Below are positions 26,401 through 35,670 of a stretch of 64,000 nucleotides of DNA, in pieces. The notes below the pieces were generated by a model. That model was not told the origin of the DNA and ran no database searches. It was given only the letters and a program-made list of their open reading frames with translations. This stretch comes from Eubacteriales bacterium (GTDB taxonomy: Bacteria; Bacillota; Clostridia; Oscillospirales; SIG627), in assembly GCA_045543495.1 (NCBI GenBank), contig JAZQMO010000015.1, positions 74,796 to 138,795 on the forward strand, written 5' to 3'. Each line of letters opens with the position of its first letter. Position 1 is the first letter of the stretch. The position numbers and the translations under genes were made by a program.

Positions 26401-27125
26401 TGCAAAAGCGCATCCTCAAATTTCACGTCGTCAATCACCGTTTGAAAGGTGGTGTGACGGCAGTGATCGGACCAGTAGGTATCGATCATTCTGATTTCCG
26501 TAATGGTGGGATTTCTCTTTTCGGAAATGAAATACTCCTGACAGAAGGCAATGTCATCTGCATCCATTGCAAGACCATACTGCTTTACAAAGGCTTCCAA
26601 TCCCTTGCGGTCCAGATCAATGAAGCCGTCAAGAGTTTCAACAGTGGTGGGAAGCTCATACTGAATGGCCAGTGTTTCGGGCATTTCAAGACTTGCTTCT
26701 CTGGCTTCCACAGGGTTGATCACATATTTTTTGATTTCTGCCACTTCCCCATCGGTCAGGTTTCCGTAGAGGGCATAGAGCTTTGCAGTGCGAACCACAG
26801 GTCTGTCGCCCTGAGAAATGATCTGAATACACTGTGCAGCAGAATCTGCTCTCTGGTCAAACTGACCGGGCAGATACTCTACCCCGAATACAGTGGCATC
26901 ACCCACAGAAATCTCGGAAGAATACACGTCAAGCTGAGGCTCGGAAAAAACCGTTTTCTTTGCATACTCAAAAAGCTCTTCCGAAATATTCTCAACATCG
27001 TAGCGATTGAAAATGCGAACATCCTCAAGGCTTGTAATGCCAAGAAGGGTGCGCACATCCGAAAGAAGCGCCTTTGCTTCGTTCGCCAATTCCGTTTTCT
27101 TTTCAACAAATACTCTATAAACCAT
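23433..27125 (-). CDS. purL: Phosphoribosylformylglycinamidine synthase, single-chain large form
   Basis: 1230 aa. It contains the AIR-synthase-related domains plus a C-terminal glutaminase with GICNGFQALIKLGL and the HGEGRF motif. Confidence 0.95.
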   Translation of the reverse strand: MVYRVFVEKKTELANEAKALLSDVRTLLGITSLEDVRIFNRYDVENISEELFEYAKKTVFSEPQLDVYSSEISVGDATVFGVEYLPGQFDQRADSAAQCIQIISQGDRPVVRTAKLYALYGNLTDGEVAEIKKYVINPVEAREASLEMPETLAIQYELPTTVETLDGFIDLDRKGLEAFVKQYGLAMDADDIAFCQEYFISEKRNPTITEIRMIDTYWSDHCRHTTFQTVIDDVKFEDALLQKTYDEYLAVRKELGREHKPICLMDLATVAVKYLKKHGKLDKLDESEEINACTVKIEIEADGKKEPWLLLFKNETHNHPTEIEPFGGAATCIGGAIRDPLSGRAYVYGAMRVTGAADPLVPVQDTIKGKLPQRKIVTTAAAGYSSYGNQIGLATGIVDEIYHPGYAAKRMEIGAVIAAAPAENVRREVPAPGDVVILLGGSTGRDGIGGATGSSKAHDSHSVETCGAEVQKGNAPEERKLQRLFRNPRATQMIKRCNDFGAGGVSVAIGELADGLEIDLNAVPKKYEGLDGTELAISESQERMAVVIEKENVEAFLALAKEENLQACPVAQVKEEKRLVMHWNGNKIVDISREFLNSNGADKHISIAPAKGVYEEKEWKGSFASHYLALAEDLNICSKRGLSERFDSTIGAGTVLMPFGGKYQRTPIQAMVQKVSVEKKETDDCSFMSWGYNPFIMEKSPYHGAYLAVVESVSKLIASGASFEDVYLTFQEYFEHPRKDGKRWGKPLAALLGAFRAQLDLGIGSIGGKDSMSGSFEDLDVPPTLVSFAVTTGKTSQVISPEFKKAGDKVCLLTPEYDENHLPKKDSLIALFHEVTRLARKKKIVSAYTLGLGGVAEAVLKMSFGNGFGFEFCDSLSLPDIFGYGYGSFLVEVDGDDVIGREIGTVKEEKSFAFAGESVSYEALEKKYEDKLESVYSCNIPDRKTPMENFSYYAEKRVAPAVLCAKPRVLIPAFPGTNCEFDSAKAVRRAGADAEILVINNLSADGIQSSVERFAAELKNSQMIFIPGGFSGGDEPDGSGKFITAFFRNAAIKEGVTELLENRDGLMCGICNGFQALIKLGLVPYGKIVDTDETCPTLTFNTIARHQSKIVRTRVCSNKSPWLSLNEVGDVLNVPISHGEGRFLADEALIRSLAKNGQIATQYVDFDGNASSDVQFNPNDSMFAIEGITSPDGRVFGKMGHSERIGAGLYQNVPGKYDIRMFEAAVKYFK

Positions 27126-27127
27126 AT

Positions 27128-28393
27128 TTACCTCTTTTGTAACAACGCCTTAGCACCGATATCGTGACGGTAATAAGCATTTTCAAAATGAATCTGATCC
27201 ACAAGTTCATAAGCGGAGGAAATGGACTCTTCCAAGGTGGGCGCAAGAGCGGTTGCTCCCAAGACACGGCCGCCGTTTGTTACAAGAACGCCATCCTTAA
27301 TTGCCGCACCCGCAACATAAACCTGATTTTCAATGGCTTCGGGAATCGTCAAAGGAAAGCCCTTTTCATAGGAGCCGGGATAGCCCTTGGAGGCCATAAT
27401 GACACAGCAAGCACTTTCCTTCTTGAATACTACATCTATTTCATTCAATCGCTTCTCGGTAACCGCTTTCATAACCGTTAAAAGATCGGTTTCCAGAAGA
27501 GGCAGAACCACCTGAGTTTCAGGATCACCGAAGCGGCAGTTGTACTCGATCACCTTGGGCCCCTTGGGAGTCAGCATCAAGCCGAAATACAGACAGCCCT
27601 TGAAGGTTCTCCCTTCCTTGTTCATGGCATCCATCGTGGGAAGGAAGATCGTTTTCATACAAAGCTTTGCAATTTCTTCGGTGTAATAGGGATTGGGAGC
27701 AACGGTTCCCATTCCGCCCGTATTCAGACCGGTATCGTGATCGCCCGCTCTCTTATGGTCCATGGAAGAAACCATCGGCACCATACTTTTGCCGTCGGTA
27801 AAGGCGAGAACAGAAACCTCAGGGCCGGTCAAAAACTCTTCGATAACGATCTGATCTCCGCTTTTCCCGAAGACCTTGTCCTCCATCATAGAGCGAACTG
27901 CATCCTTCGCCTCCTGTCTCGTCTGGGCAATGATTACGCCCTTTCCGAGGGCAAGACCGTCTGCCTTGATCACAGTGGGAATGGGAGCCGTATCCAAATA
28001 CTGCAATGCGGCAGCCATATCGCAAAATACCTCATATTGCGCAGTCGGAATTCCATACTTTTTCATGAGATTTTTGGAAAAGACCTTACTTCCCTCAATG
28101 ATCGCCGCATTGGCACGAGGGCCAAAGCAGGGAATCCCTTCCTTTTCCAATGCATCCACGGCACCGAGAACCAAAGGATCGTCAGGCGCAACGATGGCGT
28201 AATCCACCTTATTTTCCACCGCAAAGGCGGCAATTTTATCAATTTCCTTGGCACCGATATCAACCAGAGTAGCATCCTTTGCCATACCGCCGTTTCCGGG
28301 GAGAGCAAAAATGGTATCAACATCGGGATTGGATTTAATTTTCTTGATGATGGCGTGCTCACGGCCACCACCACCCACAACCAAAATTTTCAC
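27128..28393 (-). CDS. purD: Phosphoribosylamine--glycine ligase
   Basis: 421 aa. Contains MKILVVGGGGREHA, an ATP-grasp core and FGDPETQ. Confidence 0.95.
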   Translation of the reverse strand: MKILVVGGGGREHAIIKKIKSNPDVDTIFALPGNGGMAKDATLVDIGAKEIDKIAAFAVENKVDYAIVAPDDPLVLGAVDALEKEGIPCFGPRANAAIIEGSKVFSKNLMKKYGIPTAQYEVFCDMAAALQYLDTAPIPTVIKADGLALGKGVIIAQTRQEAKDAVRSMMEDKVFGKSGDQIVIEEFLTGPEVSVLAFTDGKSMVPMVSSMDHKRAGDHDTGLNTGGMGTVAPNPYYTEEIAKLCMKTIFLPTMDAMNKEGRTFKGCLYFGLMLTPKGPKVIEYNCRFGDPETQVVLPLLETDLLTVMKAVTEKRLNEIDVVFKKESACCVIMASKGYPGSYEKGFPLTIPEAIENQVYVAGAAIKDGVLVTNGGRVLGATALAPTLEESISSAYELVDQIHFENAYYRHDIGAKALLQKR

Positions 28394-28407
28394 GTTTCTC
28401 CTCCGTA

Positions 28408-29592
28408 TCAGTGATGGAACAGTCTCATTTCAGTAAAGGCCATAACCATATCGTACTTATCACAGCAAGCAATGACGAGATCGTCACGAATGGAGCCACC
28501 GGGCTCGGCAATGTATTTCACACCGCTGCGATATGCTCTTTCAATGTTATCGTCAAAGGGGAAGAAGGCGTCAGAGCCCAGTGCTACATTTCCCTTGGTT
28601 GCAAGGTAAGCCTTAGCTTCCTCGGCGGTCAGGGGCTCGGGGCGGCAGGTGAAATATTTCTGCCAATTTCCGTCGGCACAAACATCTTCTTCGTTTTTGT
28701 TGATATAGCCGTCAATCACATTGTCACGGTCGGCTCTCTTCAAATCAGCCTTAAAAGGAAGATTCAATACCTTCTCGTGCTGACGCAAAAACCAAGTATC
28801 GGCCTTGGTACCGGCAAGTCTGGTACAGTGAATTCTGGATTGCTGACCTGCGCCGACACCGATCGCCTGACCGTCAACGGCATAGCATACGGAGTTGGAC
28901 TGCGTATACTTCAGAGTAATAAGGGCAATGATCAGATCACGGGCAGCGCTTTCGGGAAGATCCTTATTTTTGGTAACGATCTTCTGCAAAAGGTGATGAC
29001 CGATCTCAAAGTTATTTCTTCCCTGCTGGAAGGTGATACCGAACACCTGCTTTTTCTCAATGGGATCGGGCACGTAATCGGGATCGATCTTGACTACATT
29101 GTAATTTCCGTTTCTCTTCTGACGAAGGATATCAAGTGCCTCGTCCGTATATCCGGGAGCAATGACACCGTCAGACACCTCACGCTTGATCATACTTGCA
29201 GTGGTGGCGTCGCAAACGTCGGAGAGGGCCACCCAATCGCCGAAGGAACACATTCTGTCGGTACCTCTTGCTCTTGCATAGGCGGTAGCAATGGGAGACT
29301 CATCCAGCCCCTCAACATCATCCACAAAATAAGCCTTCTTCAAGGTATCGGAAAGAGGAACGGCAACAGCGGCTGAGGTAGGGCTAACGTGCTTAAAGGA
29401 GGTAGCAGCGGGAAGACCGAGAGCTTCCTTCAACTCCTTAACCAGCTGCCAAGAGTTCAAGGCATCCAAAAAGTTTATGTATCCGGGTCTTCCGTTTAAG
29501 ATCTCAATGGGAAGCTCGCTGCCATCGTGCATAAAAATCTTGGACGGCTTCTGATTGGGGTTGCACCCGTATTTCAATTCAAATTCTTTCAT
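28408..29592 (-). CDS. purH: AICAR formyltransferase (PurH transformylase domain only)
   Basis: 394 aa. Contains LKYGCNPNQ, FKHVSPTSAAV and GAGQQSRIHC. It has no MGS-like IMP cyclohydrolase domain. Confidence 0.85.
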   Translation of the reverse strand: MKEFELKYGCNPNQKPSKIFMHDGSELPIEILNGRPGYINFLDALNSWQLVKELKEALGLPAATSFKHVSPTSAAVAVPLSDTLKKAYFVDDVEGLDESPIATAYARARGTDRMCSFGDWVALSDVCDATTASMIKREVSDGVIAPGYTDEALDILRQKRNGNYNVVKIDPDYVPDPIEKKQVFGITFQQGRNNFEIGHHLLQKIVTKNKDLPESAARDLIIALITLKYTQSNSVCYAVDGQAIGVGAGQQSRIHCTRLAGTKADTWFLRQHEKVLNLPFKADLKRADRDNVIDGYINKNEEDVCADGNWQKYFTCRPEPLTAEEAKAYLATKGNVALGSDAFFPFDDNIERAYRSGVKYIAEPGGSIRDDLVIACCDKYDMVMAFTEMRLFHH

Positions 29593-29605
29593 TTGACATT
29601 ACTCC

Positions 29606-30346
29606 TTACACATTTTTATTCAAGATGATCTCCTTAGCTTCGGAGCCATCCAGCGGAACCACACGAACAAAAAGGGAAACCTTGTTGTCTTCATTCAGGT
29701 TTGTCCAAACAAGCTCGGCCAACTCCTCAGCGGTATTGGGCAGAGAAACCTCCTCGGGCTCCCCATAGAAGGAAGGAATGGGGTTGCCGTCACAGCGGTA
29801 GGTGTGAATAAAGTGACCGATGCCTGCCTCGGGAGATGCATAATCAAAGGTGAAACGGTTGCAAGCCTCGGGGCGCCCGTTTGCAGATTTTAAAATCGAC
29901 ATCTTATAGCTGAAAGATGCTCTCTTGAAGCAATAATAGAGAGCGCCGGAAATTCTGGGGGTAAAATTGGGAGCATCGGGCTCAAACTCACGGGTTCTGA
30001 GCGCTTTTTCAAACTCAAAGCCATCGTGATCCTTGGTAGAAGAGATCACATCAAAAATGGTATTGGTCTGATTGCCGTTGGTAACGATGTCAACATTTCC
30101 ACCGCAAGCAGAAAGATACGGATTATAAATGATCAGGCTGGGATCGGAAAGCTTCGATTCATCAAAGGCTTTGGTTCTCATGCCTCCATCAAATCTTTCA
30201 AACACACGGTTTCTGCTGTTTTCACTGCGACCCATAATGAAATATGCGATCATAGCATTCATTCCGTCGGCAGACTTACCGATGACAATGCCTCTGCCGG
30301 GATAAGAATTTTCGCTCAATAATGTTTTTAAATCAAAAATAGCCAT
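29606..30346 (-). CDS. purO: PurO-type (archaeal-like) IMP cyclohydrolase
   Basis: 246 aa. The pattern YPGRGIVIGKS...AYFIMGRSENSRNRVF...IVTNGNQTNTI resembles the IMP_cyclohyd (PurO) family. It is adjacent to the AICARFT-only purH. Confidence 0.7.
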   Translation of the reverse strand: MAIFDLKTLLSENSYPGRGIVIGKSADGMNAMIAYFIMGRSENSRNRVFERFDGGMRTKAFDESKLSDPSLIIYNPYLSACGGNVDIVTNGNQTNTIFDVISSTKDHDGFEFEKALRTREFEPDAPNFTPRISGALYYCFKRASFSYKMSILKSANGRPEACNRFTFDYASPEAGIGHFIHTYRCDGNPIPSFYGEPEEVSLPNTAEELAELVWTNLNEDNKVSLFVRVVPLDGSEAKEIILNKNV

Positions 30347-30360
30347 AATACTCCTCTTTT

Positions 30361-30966
30361 TTATTGCTCAACAATTTCTTTCGAAACCTTTTCAACCGCC
30401 GCAGGCAAAATTTTCCATTCAGCAAGCCGCATCACTCTTTTTTGCAAGGACTCAGGGGTATCCCCCTCACGAATGGCAACCGCCTTTTGCAGGATGATCT
30501 CTCCCCCGTCGGGGATTTCATTCACAAAATGAACCGTAGCTCCCGTGACCTTCACACCGTAGGAAAGAGCGGCCTCGTGGACACGCAGACCGTAAAAGCC
30601 TTTTCCGCAGAAGGAAGGAATGAGGGAGGGGTGAACATTGATGATTTTTTTAGGATAGCGAGAGGTAAAGTCCTGACTGAGAATGGACATAAACCCTGCA
30701 AGCACAATCAGATCAATTTGATTTTCTTCAATCAAGGAAACGATCTTTTCCTCAAAGGCTTCTTGGCTTCCAAGCTCTTTCTTGGAAACCACGACGGAAG
30801 GAATCTTGTTTTCCTTCGCCCGCACGAGGGCATAGGCCTCGGGATTACCGGAGATCACAAGAGAGATCTTTCCGCTTACCAATTCCCCCTTCTTTTGAGA
30901 ATCGATGAGGGCCTGAAGATTGGTTCCTCCGCCCGAGACCAAAACGGCAATTTTGGCCTTTCTCAT
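30361..30966 (-). CDS. purN: Phosphoribosylglycinamide formyltransferase
   Basis: 201 aa. Contains [28 protein letters not shown] and TVHFV. Confidence 0.95.
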   Translation of the reverse strand: MRKAKIAVLVSGGGTNLQALIDSQKKGELVSGKISLVISGNPEAYALVRAKENKIPSVVVSKKELGSQEAFEEKIVSLIEENQIDLIVLAGFMSILSQDFTSRYPKKIINVHPSLIPSFCGKGFYGLRVHEAALSYGVKVTGATVHFVNEIPDGGEIILQKAVAIREGDTPESLQKRVMRLAEWKILPAAVEKVSKEIVEQ

Positions 30967-32003
30967 AAGATCACCTTTTCCTCGGATTCCACAACCTCAC
31001 CGATCACGTATGCATCCTCGCCGTTTGCCTTCAGGATCTCAAGGGCAGCCTCGGCATCCTCGGGGGAAACGATCACACACATACCGACACCCATATTAAA
31101 GGTGTTGAACATATCTCTTTCGGAAATGTTGCCAACCTTAGCGATCAAATCAAAAATAGGCAGAACACGAACGGCGCTCTTATCCACCTTGGCTCCCAGA
31201 CCGTCGGGAATGCTTCTGGGAATATTTTCATAGAAGCCACCGCCGGTAATGTGGGAAATACCTTTTACGCAAATCTTATCAAGAAGGGCTAAAATGGGCT
31301 TGACGTAGATCTTGGTAGGAGTGAGAAGAGTCTCACCAACGCTCTTTCCGCCGAGCTCGGCAACAGGCTTCTTGATATCGCTGTTTTCCACATCAAATAC
31401 CTTGCGAACAAGGGAGAAGCCGTTGGAATGAACGCCGGAGGAAGGGAGTGCAATGATCACATCGCCTGCCTTCATTTTCTTGTTATCAATGATCTTGGAT
31501 TTGTCAACAACACCGGTGCAATAGCCTGCAAGATCATATTCGTCAACAGGATAAAAGCCGGGCATTTCCGCAGTCTCACCGCCGATGAGAGCGGCACCGG
31601 ACTGAACGCATCCCTCTGCAACGCCGGACACGATCTGAGCAATGCGCTCGGGTACATTTTTGCCGCAAGCAATATAGTCCAGGAAGAACAGAGGCTTTGC
31701 GCCGACACAAATAACATCGTTGGCACACATCGCCACGCAGTCAATACCGATGGTATCGTGCTTATCCATAATGAATGCGATCTTGAGCTTGGTTCCGACA
31801 CCGTCGGTTCCGCTGACCAGAACGGGCTTGGTAATGCCCTCCAAATCCAGTTCAAACAAACCGCCGAAGCCGCCAACATCGGAGCAAACTCCGCTGGTCA
31901 TCGTTCTGGCGATGTGCTTTTTCATCAGTTCAACCGCCTTGTAACCTGCAGTAATATCAACGCCTGCCGCTGCATAGCTATCCGATTTAGATTGATTATA
32001 CAT
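30963..32003 (-). CDS. purM: Phosphoribosylformylglycinamidine cyclo-ligase (AIR synthetase)
   Basis: About 346 aa from ATG 32003 ([17 protein letters not shown]...), which avoids a 31-nt overlap with purF. Contains DGVGTKL and SNGFSLVRK motifs. Confidence 0.9.
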   Translation of the reverse strand: MYNQSKSDSYAAAGVDITAGYKAVELMKKHIARTMTSGVCSDVGGFGGLFELDLEGITKPVLVSGTDGVGTKLKIAFIMDKHDTIGIDCVAMCANDVICVGAKPLFFLDYIACGKNVPERIAQIVSGVAEGCVQSGAALIGGETAEMPGFYPVDEYDLAGYCTGVVDKSKIIDNKKMKAGDVIIALPSSGVHSNGFSLVRKVFDVENSDIKKPVAELGGKSVGETLLTPTKIYVKPILALLDKICVKGISHITGGGFYENIPRSIPDGLGAKVDKSAVRVLPIFDLIAKVGNISERDMFNTFNMGVGMCVIVSPEDAEAALEILKANGEDAYVIGEVVESEEKVIL

Positions 32004-32008
32004 TTCTT

Positions 32009-33436
32009 TTATTCCTTTCCATTCCAGCAATATGTGCATAACTTACAGGGCTCAAGCCCGATGGCTTCAATAATTCCGTCCAGCGATTGAAACTCAATGG
32101 AAGAAAAATGGAGTTTATCGCAAATCGCTTTTCTGAATTTTTTACCACGCTCGGTGGTGAAATCACTGTATTCGTCTACATACTTGATTCCCTCTTCCCC
32201 CTCAAGCTCCATAATGATCTGACGAGCGATCAATTCCATTTCGCTCTTGGTACGGGAAAAATCCAAATACTTACAGTTAAACATAATAGGCGGGCAAGCG
32301 GAACGAATATGAACCGCTTTGGCACCGTGGGAATACAAGAAGTCAATGGTTTCCTTTAACTGCGTTCCGCGAACAATGGAGTCGTCAACAAAGAGGAGAC
32401 TTTTCCCCTGAATCAGCTCGTGAACGGGGATCTGCTTCATTTTTGCAATTTTACTGCGATCCGCCTGCTTTGCCGAGGTAAAGCTGCGAGACCAAGTAGG
32501 TGTATATTTAATAAAGGCACGGGCAAATGGAGCGTGACTTTCCTGCGCATAGCCAATGGCATGAGGCGTACCCGAATCCGGCATACCGCCAACAAAATCC
32601 ACATCCTTTGCATTTTGGATCTCTTCATCGTGCTTCGCCATAATTTGGCCGTTGCGATAACGCATGATCTCCACATTGACTCCCTCATAAGTCGAGGTGG
32701 GATAGCCGTAATAGCTCCAAAGGAAGGAGCAAATACGCATTTTTTCACCGGGCTCCTGAAGGCGAATGATGCGAGAGGGCGTGATCTCTACAATTTCTCC
32801 CGGACCAAGCTCTCTGACGCTTTCATACCCAAGCTTCTGATAAGCAAAAGACTCCAAGGATACACAGTGGCCCTCTTCATCCTTACCGATCAAAACAGGA
32901 AGTCTGCCGAGGCTGTCTCTTGCGGCGATCAGATTGCCGTTCTCCTTGAGAATGAGAATGGTGGCTGAGCCATCGATCTTCTTTTGAACGGAAAGAATTC
33001 CCTCCACAAAGCTTTCTTTGCGATTGATCAGTGCCGCAACAAGCTCGGTAGCATTGATCTTACCGCCTGTCATGGCATCAAAATGACCGCCAAGGCTCGT
33101 ATCAAGGTATTCCTTCGCCAATTCATCCGCATTGCTGATAGCACCGACAACACAAATGGCATAGGTTCCGAGCGCTGACCGAATCAAAAGCGGCTGAGGA
33201 TAATGATTGCTGATACACCCAATGGCACTGGTGCCCTGCATCTCATCGAAAATATGCTCAAATTTTGAGCGAAAGGGTGTATTTTGAATGTTTTTGATCT
33301 CTCTTTGGAGACCGATTTCTTGATCGTACGCAGCAATACCGCCACGACGAGTTCCGAGGTGTGAGTGGTAGTCAGTTCCGAAAAACACATCGGACATCGC
33401 ATCTCTTTGACTAACAACTCCGAAAAATCCGCCCAT
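32009..33436 (-). CDS. purF: Amidophosphoribosyltransferase homolog lacking the N-terminal Cys nucleophile
   Basis: 475 aa. The start is unambiguous (RBS AAAGGAGGAAC, then ATG) and gives MGGFFGVVS instead of MCG(I/V).G. The Ntn-glutaminase motifs are degenerate (HNGN becomes VVGAISN), while the PRTase motif [13 protein letters not shown] is intact. Confidence 0.8.
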   Translation of the reverse strand: MGGFFGVVSQRDAMSDVFFGTDYHSHLGTRRGGIAAYDQEIGLQREIKNIQNTPFRSKFEHIFDEMQGTSAIGCISNHYPQPLLIRSALGTYAICVVGAISNADELAKEYLDTSLGGHFDAMTGGKINATELVAALINRKESFVEGILSVQKKIDGSATILILKENGNLIAARDSLGRLPVLIGKDEEGHCVSLESFAYQKLGYESVRELGPGEIVEITPSRIIRLQEPGEKMRICSFLWSYYGYPTSTYEGVNVEIMRYRNGQIMAKHDEEIQNAKDVDFVGGMPDSGTPHAIGYAQESHAPFARAFIKYTPTWSRSFTSAKQADRSKIAKMKQIPVHELIQGKSLLFVDDSIVRGTQLKETIDFLYSHGAKAVHIRSACPPIMFNCKYLDFSRTKSEMELIARQIIMELEGEEGIKYVDEYSDFTTERGKKFRKAICDKLHFSSIEFQSLDGIIEAIGLEPCKLCTYCWNGKE

Positions 33437-33459
33437 AGTTCCTCCTTTGCGGGATCAAA

Positions 33460-33954
33460 TCAGTTTGCAAATTCTTCCACTACCTTACGGTCTTTTTCCA
33501 AAACCTTGGCAGCATCGGCTCTTCTCTTGGCATCCAGCTTTTCAGCAAGCTCGGGCTCGGAAACCGCAAGGATCTGCAGTGCAAGAAGAGCGGCGTTGGT
33601 GGCACCGTCAATGGCAACGGTAGCAACGGGGATTCCCGAGGGCATCATAACCGTTGATAAAAGGGCGTCCATTCCGTCAAGCTGACTTGACTTGCATGGA
33701 ATTCCGATCACAGGGAGCGTAGTATTGGCGGCAATGGCGCCGGCCAGATGAGCCGCCATACCGGCTGCGGCGATGATGGCACCAAATCCGTTTTCCCTCG
33801 CATTCAAGGCAAAGAGCCTCGCCTCCTCGGGGGTGCGATGAGCGGAGTAAACATGAATTTCAAAATCAACACCAAAGGATTTCAGCGTATCAACTGCTTT
33901 TCTGACAATGGGAAGATCGCTGTCACTTCCCATAACAATTCCGACTTTTTTCAT
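33460..33954 (-). CDS. purE: PurE (N5-CAIR mutase / AIR carboxylase family)
   Basis: 164 aa. Contains VGIVMGSDSDLP, SAHRTPE and AAGMAAHLAG. Confidence 0.9.
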   Translation of the reverse strand: MKKVGIVMGSDSDLPIVRKAVDTLKSFGVDFEIHVYSAHRTPEEARLFALNARENGFGAIIAAAGMAAHLAGAIAANTTLPVIGIPCKSSQLDGMDALLSTVMMPSGIPVATVAIDGATNAALLALQILAVSEPELAEKLDAKRRADAAKVLEKDRKVVEEFAN

Positions 33955-33974
33955 AAATCCTCCTTACAAAAAAC

Positions 33975-34105
33975 AAAAAAGGGCGCACTTAACTCTAAGA
34001 GTTAAATGCGCCCAGACGGTCGGCAATAAGGGGAAACCCCTGAAAAGTTCTTTGTTCCTCTGTGGTGCTCCACAATCATCCGTCAGTCGCAAAGAACCCA
34101 TTCAA
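33975..34105 (-). promoter_or_regulatory. ZTP (pfl-motif) riboswitch with intrinsic terminator, leader of the pur operon
   Basis: Minus-strand RNA reads GGGUUCUUUGcGACUGACGGAugauuGUGGagcaCCACagaGGAAcAAAGAAC. This gives P1 guucuuug/caaagaac and P2 gugg/ccac. It is followed by a small hairpin ggggUUUcccc and then CCGaCCGUCUGGGCG. The pseudoknot pairs GACGG with CCGUC, which covaries with the consensus GGCGG/CCGCC. The terminator gggcgcauuuaac...guuaagugcgccc plus U6 overlaps the UGGGCG element. Confidence 0.8.
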
Positions 34106-34114
34106 TTCCTGAAA

Positions 34115-34143
34115 ATTATACCATACCTCAAGAGTCGTGTCAA
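34115..34143 (-). promoter_or_regulatory. Promoter of the pur operon
   Basis: Minus strand: TTGACA (34138-34143), 17-nt spacer, TATAAT (34115-34120). Confidence 0.7.
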
Positions 34144-34164
34144 GGCGCAAAGGGGAAATTTCGA

Positions 34165-35670
34165 CTATTTAATTGAGGCTCCCTTTTCCTTTTGAATCAC
34201 ATCGTGAGCGCCGCCCTCCACAATACTGGTTGCAGAAACGAGAGTAAGCTTTGCTTTCTTCTGCAATTCAGAAATAGAAAGCGCTCCGCAGTTACACATT
34301 GTAGATTTCACCTTGCTGAGAGAAAGTGCCACATTGTCCTTCAGACTACCGGCGTAAGGAACATAAGAATCAACGCCCTCTTCAAAGGAAAGCTTCTTAT
34401 CTCCGCCCAAGTCATATCTCTGCCAGTTGCGGGCACGGCTGGAGCCTTCACCCCAGTATTCCTTATAGTAGGTACCGCCGATATTCACCTTATTGGTGGG
34501 GCTTTCATCAAATCTTGCAAAGTATCTGCCAAGCATTACAAAGTCAGCACCCATGGCAAGGGCCAAGGTAATGTGGTGATCGTAAACAATACCGCCATCG
34601 GAGCAAACGGGAATATAAACACCGGTCTCTTCAAAATACTCATCTCTGGCCTTGCAAACCTCAATGAGAGCGGTAGCCTGACCACGGCCGATTCCCTTGG
34701 TTTCACGGGTGATACAGATGGAGCCGCCGCCGATTCCGACTTTAATAAAGTCAGCCCCGCAGTCAGCCAAGAAGCGGAAGCCGTCAGCATCCACAACATT
34801 ACCTGCACCAACCTTAACGGTATCGCCGTAGCGCTCACGGATCCACTCGATGGTCAGCTTCTGCCACTCGGAAAAGCCTTCGGAGGAGTCAATACAAAGC
34901 ACATCGGCCCCTGCCTCAATAAGAGCAGGAACACGCTCGGCGTAGTCACGGGTGTTGATACCCGCACCCACAACATATCTCTTGCTGGAATCCAAAAGCT
35001 CATTGGGATTCTGCTTGTGGGAATCATAATCTTTACGGAACACAAAATAGCAAAGCTGCCCCTCCTCATTGATAATGGGGAGAGAATTCAATTTGTTATC
35101 CCAAATGATATCATTGGCTTCCTTCAAGGTTGTTCCCTCTTTTGCCCAAATAAGCTTATCAAAGGGAGTCATAAACTCACGAACAGGAGTGGAAGCATCC
35201 ATTCTGCTGACACGGTAATCTCTGCCCGTAACAATACCGAGAAGCTTTCCTTCGCTGGTGCCGTCACTGGTAACGGCTACAGTGGAGTGGCCGGTCTTTT
35301 CCTTAAGAGCAACCACGTCTGCCAAGGTTGCATCGGGGCTCACATTGGAGTCGCTCTTTACAAAGCCTGCCTTATGATTCTTGGCACGCTTCACCATTGC
35401 TGCTTCATCGGCAACGGACTGAGAGCCGTAAATAAAGGAAACACCGCCTTCGACAGCCAAAGCAATGGCAAGGCGATCGCCGGAAACAGACTGCATAATA
35501 GCACTGACCATGGGAATGTTCATGGTGATGGCAGGCTCCTCACCCTTCTTATATTTTACAAGAGGAGTTTTCAGAGACACATTCGCAGGAACACACTCGC
35601 TGGAGGAGTATCCGGGAATCAAAAGATATTCATTAAAAGTATGAGAGGGTTCATTGATAAAAACAGCCAT
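34165..35670 (-). CDS. guaB: IMP dehydrogenase
   Basis: 501 aa. Contains a CBS-pair insert and the catalytic loop [12 protein letters not shown]. Its start ATG shares a base with the pyrB stop (TAATG). Confidence 0.95.
   Translation of the reverse strand: MAVFINEPSHTFNEYLLIPGYSSSECVPANVSLKTPLVKYKKGEEPAITMNIPMVSAIMQSVSGDRLAIALAVEGGVSFIYGSQSVADEAAMVKRAKNHKAGFVKSDSNVSPDATLADVVALKEKTGHSTVAVTSDGTSEGKLLGIVTGRDYRVSRMDASTPVREFMTPFDKLIWAKEGTTLKEANDIIWDNKLNSLPIINEEGQLCYFVFRKDYDSHKQNPNELLDSSKRYVVGAGINTRDYAERVPALIEAGADVLCIDSSEGFSEWQKLTIEWIRERYGDTVKVGAGNVVDADGFRFLADCGADFIKVGIGGGSICITRETKGIGRGQATALIEVCKARDEYFEETGVYIPVCSDGGIVYDHHITLALAMGADFVMLGRYFARFDESPTNKVNIGGTYYKEYWGEGSSRARNWQRYDLGGDKKLSFEEGVDSYVPYAGSLKDNVALSLSKVKSTMCNCGALSISELQKKAKLTLVSATSIVEGGAHDVIQKEKGASIK

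Noticed and set aside
22407-27167. A very long (1586 aa) plus-strand ORF spanning fhs and purL
   Set aside because: It lies entirely antisense to two highly conserved genes with clear motifs. Its translation is low-complexity with no recognisable domain and no RBS or promoter context. It is a typical shadow ORF produced by codon bias on the opposite strand.
33958-34110. Purine (guanine/adenine) riboswitch upstream of purE
   Set aside because: There is no three-way-junction purine aptamer signature (UAUAAU...GUUUCUACC...CCGUAAA-like). The sequence fits the ZTP/pfl architecture instead.
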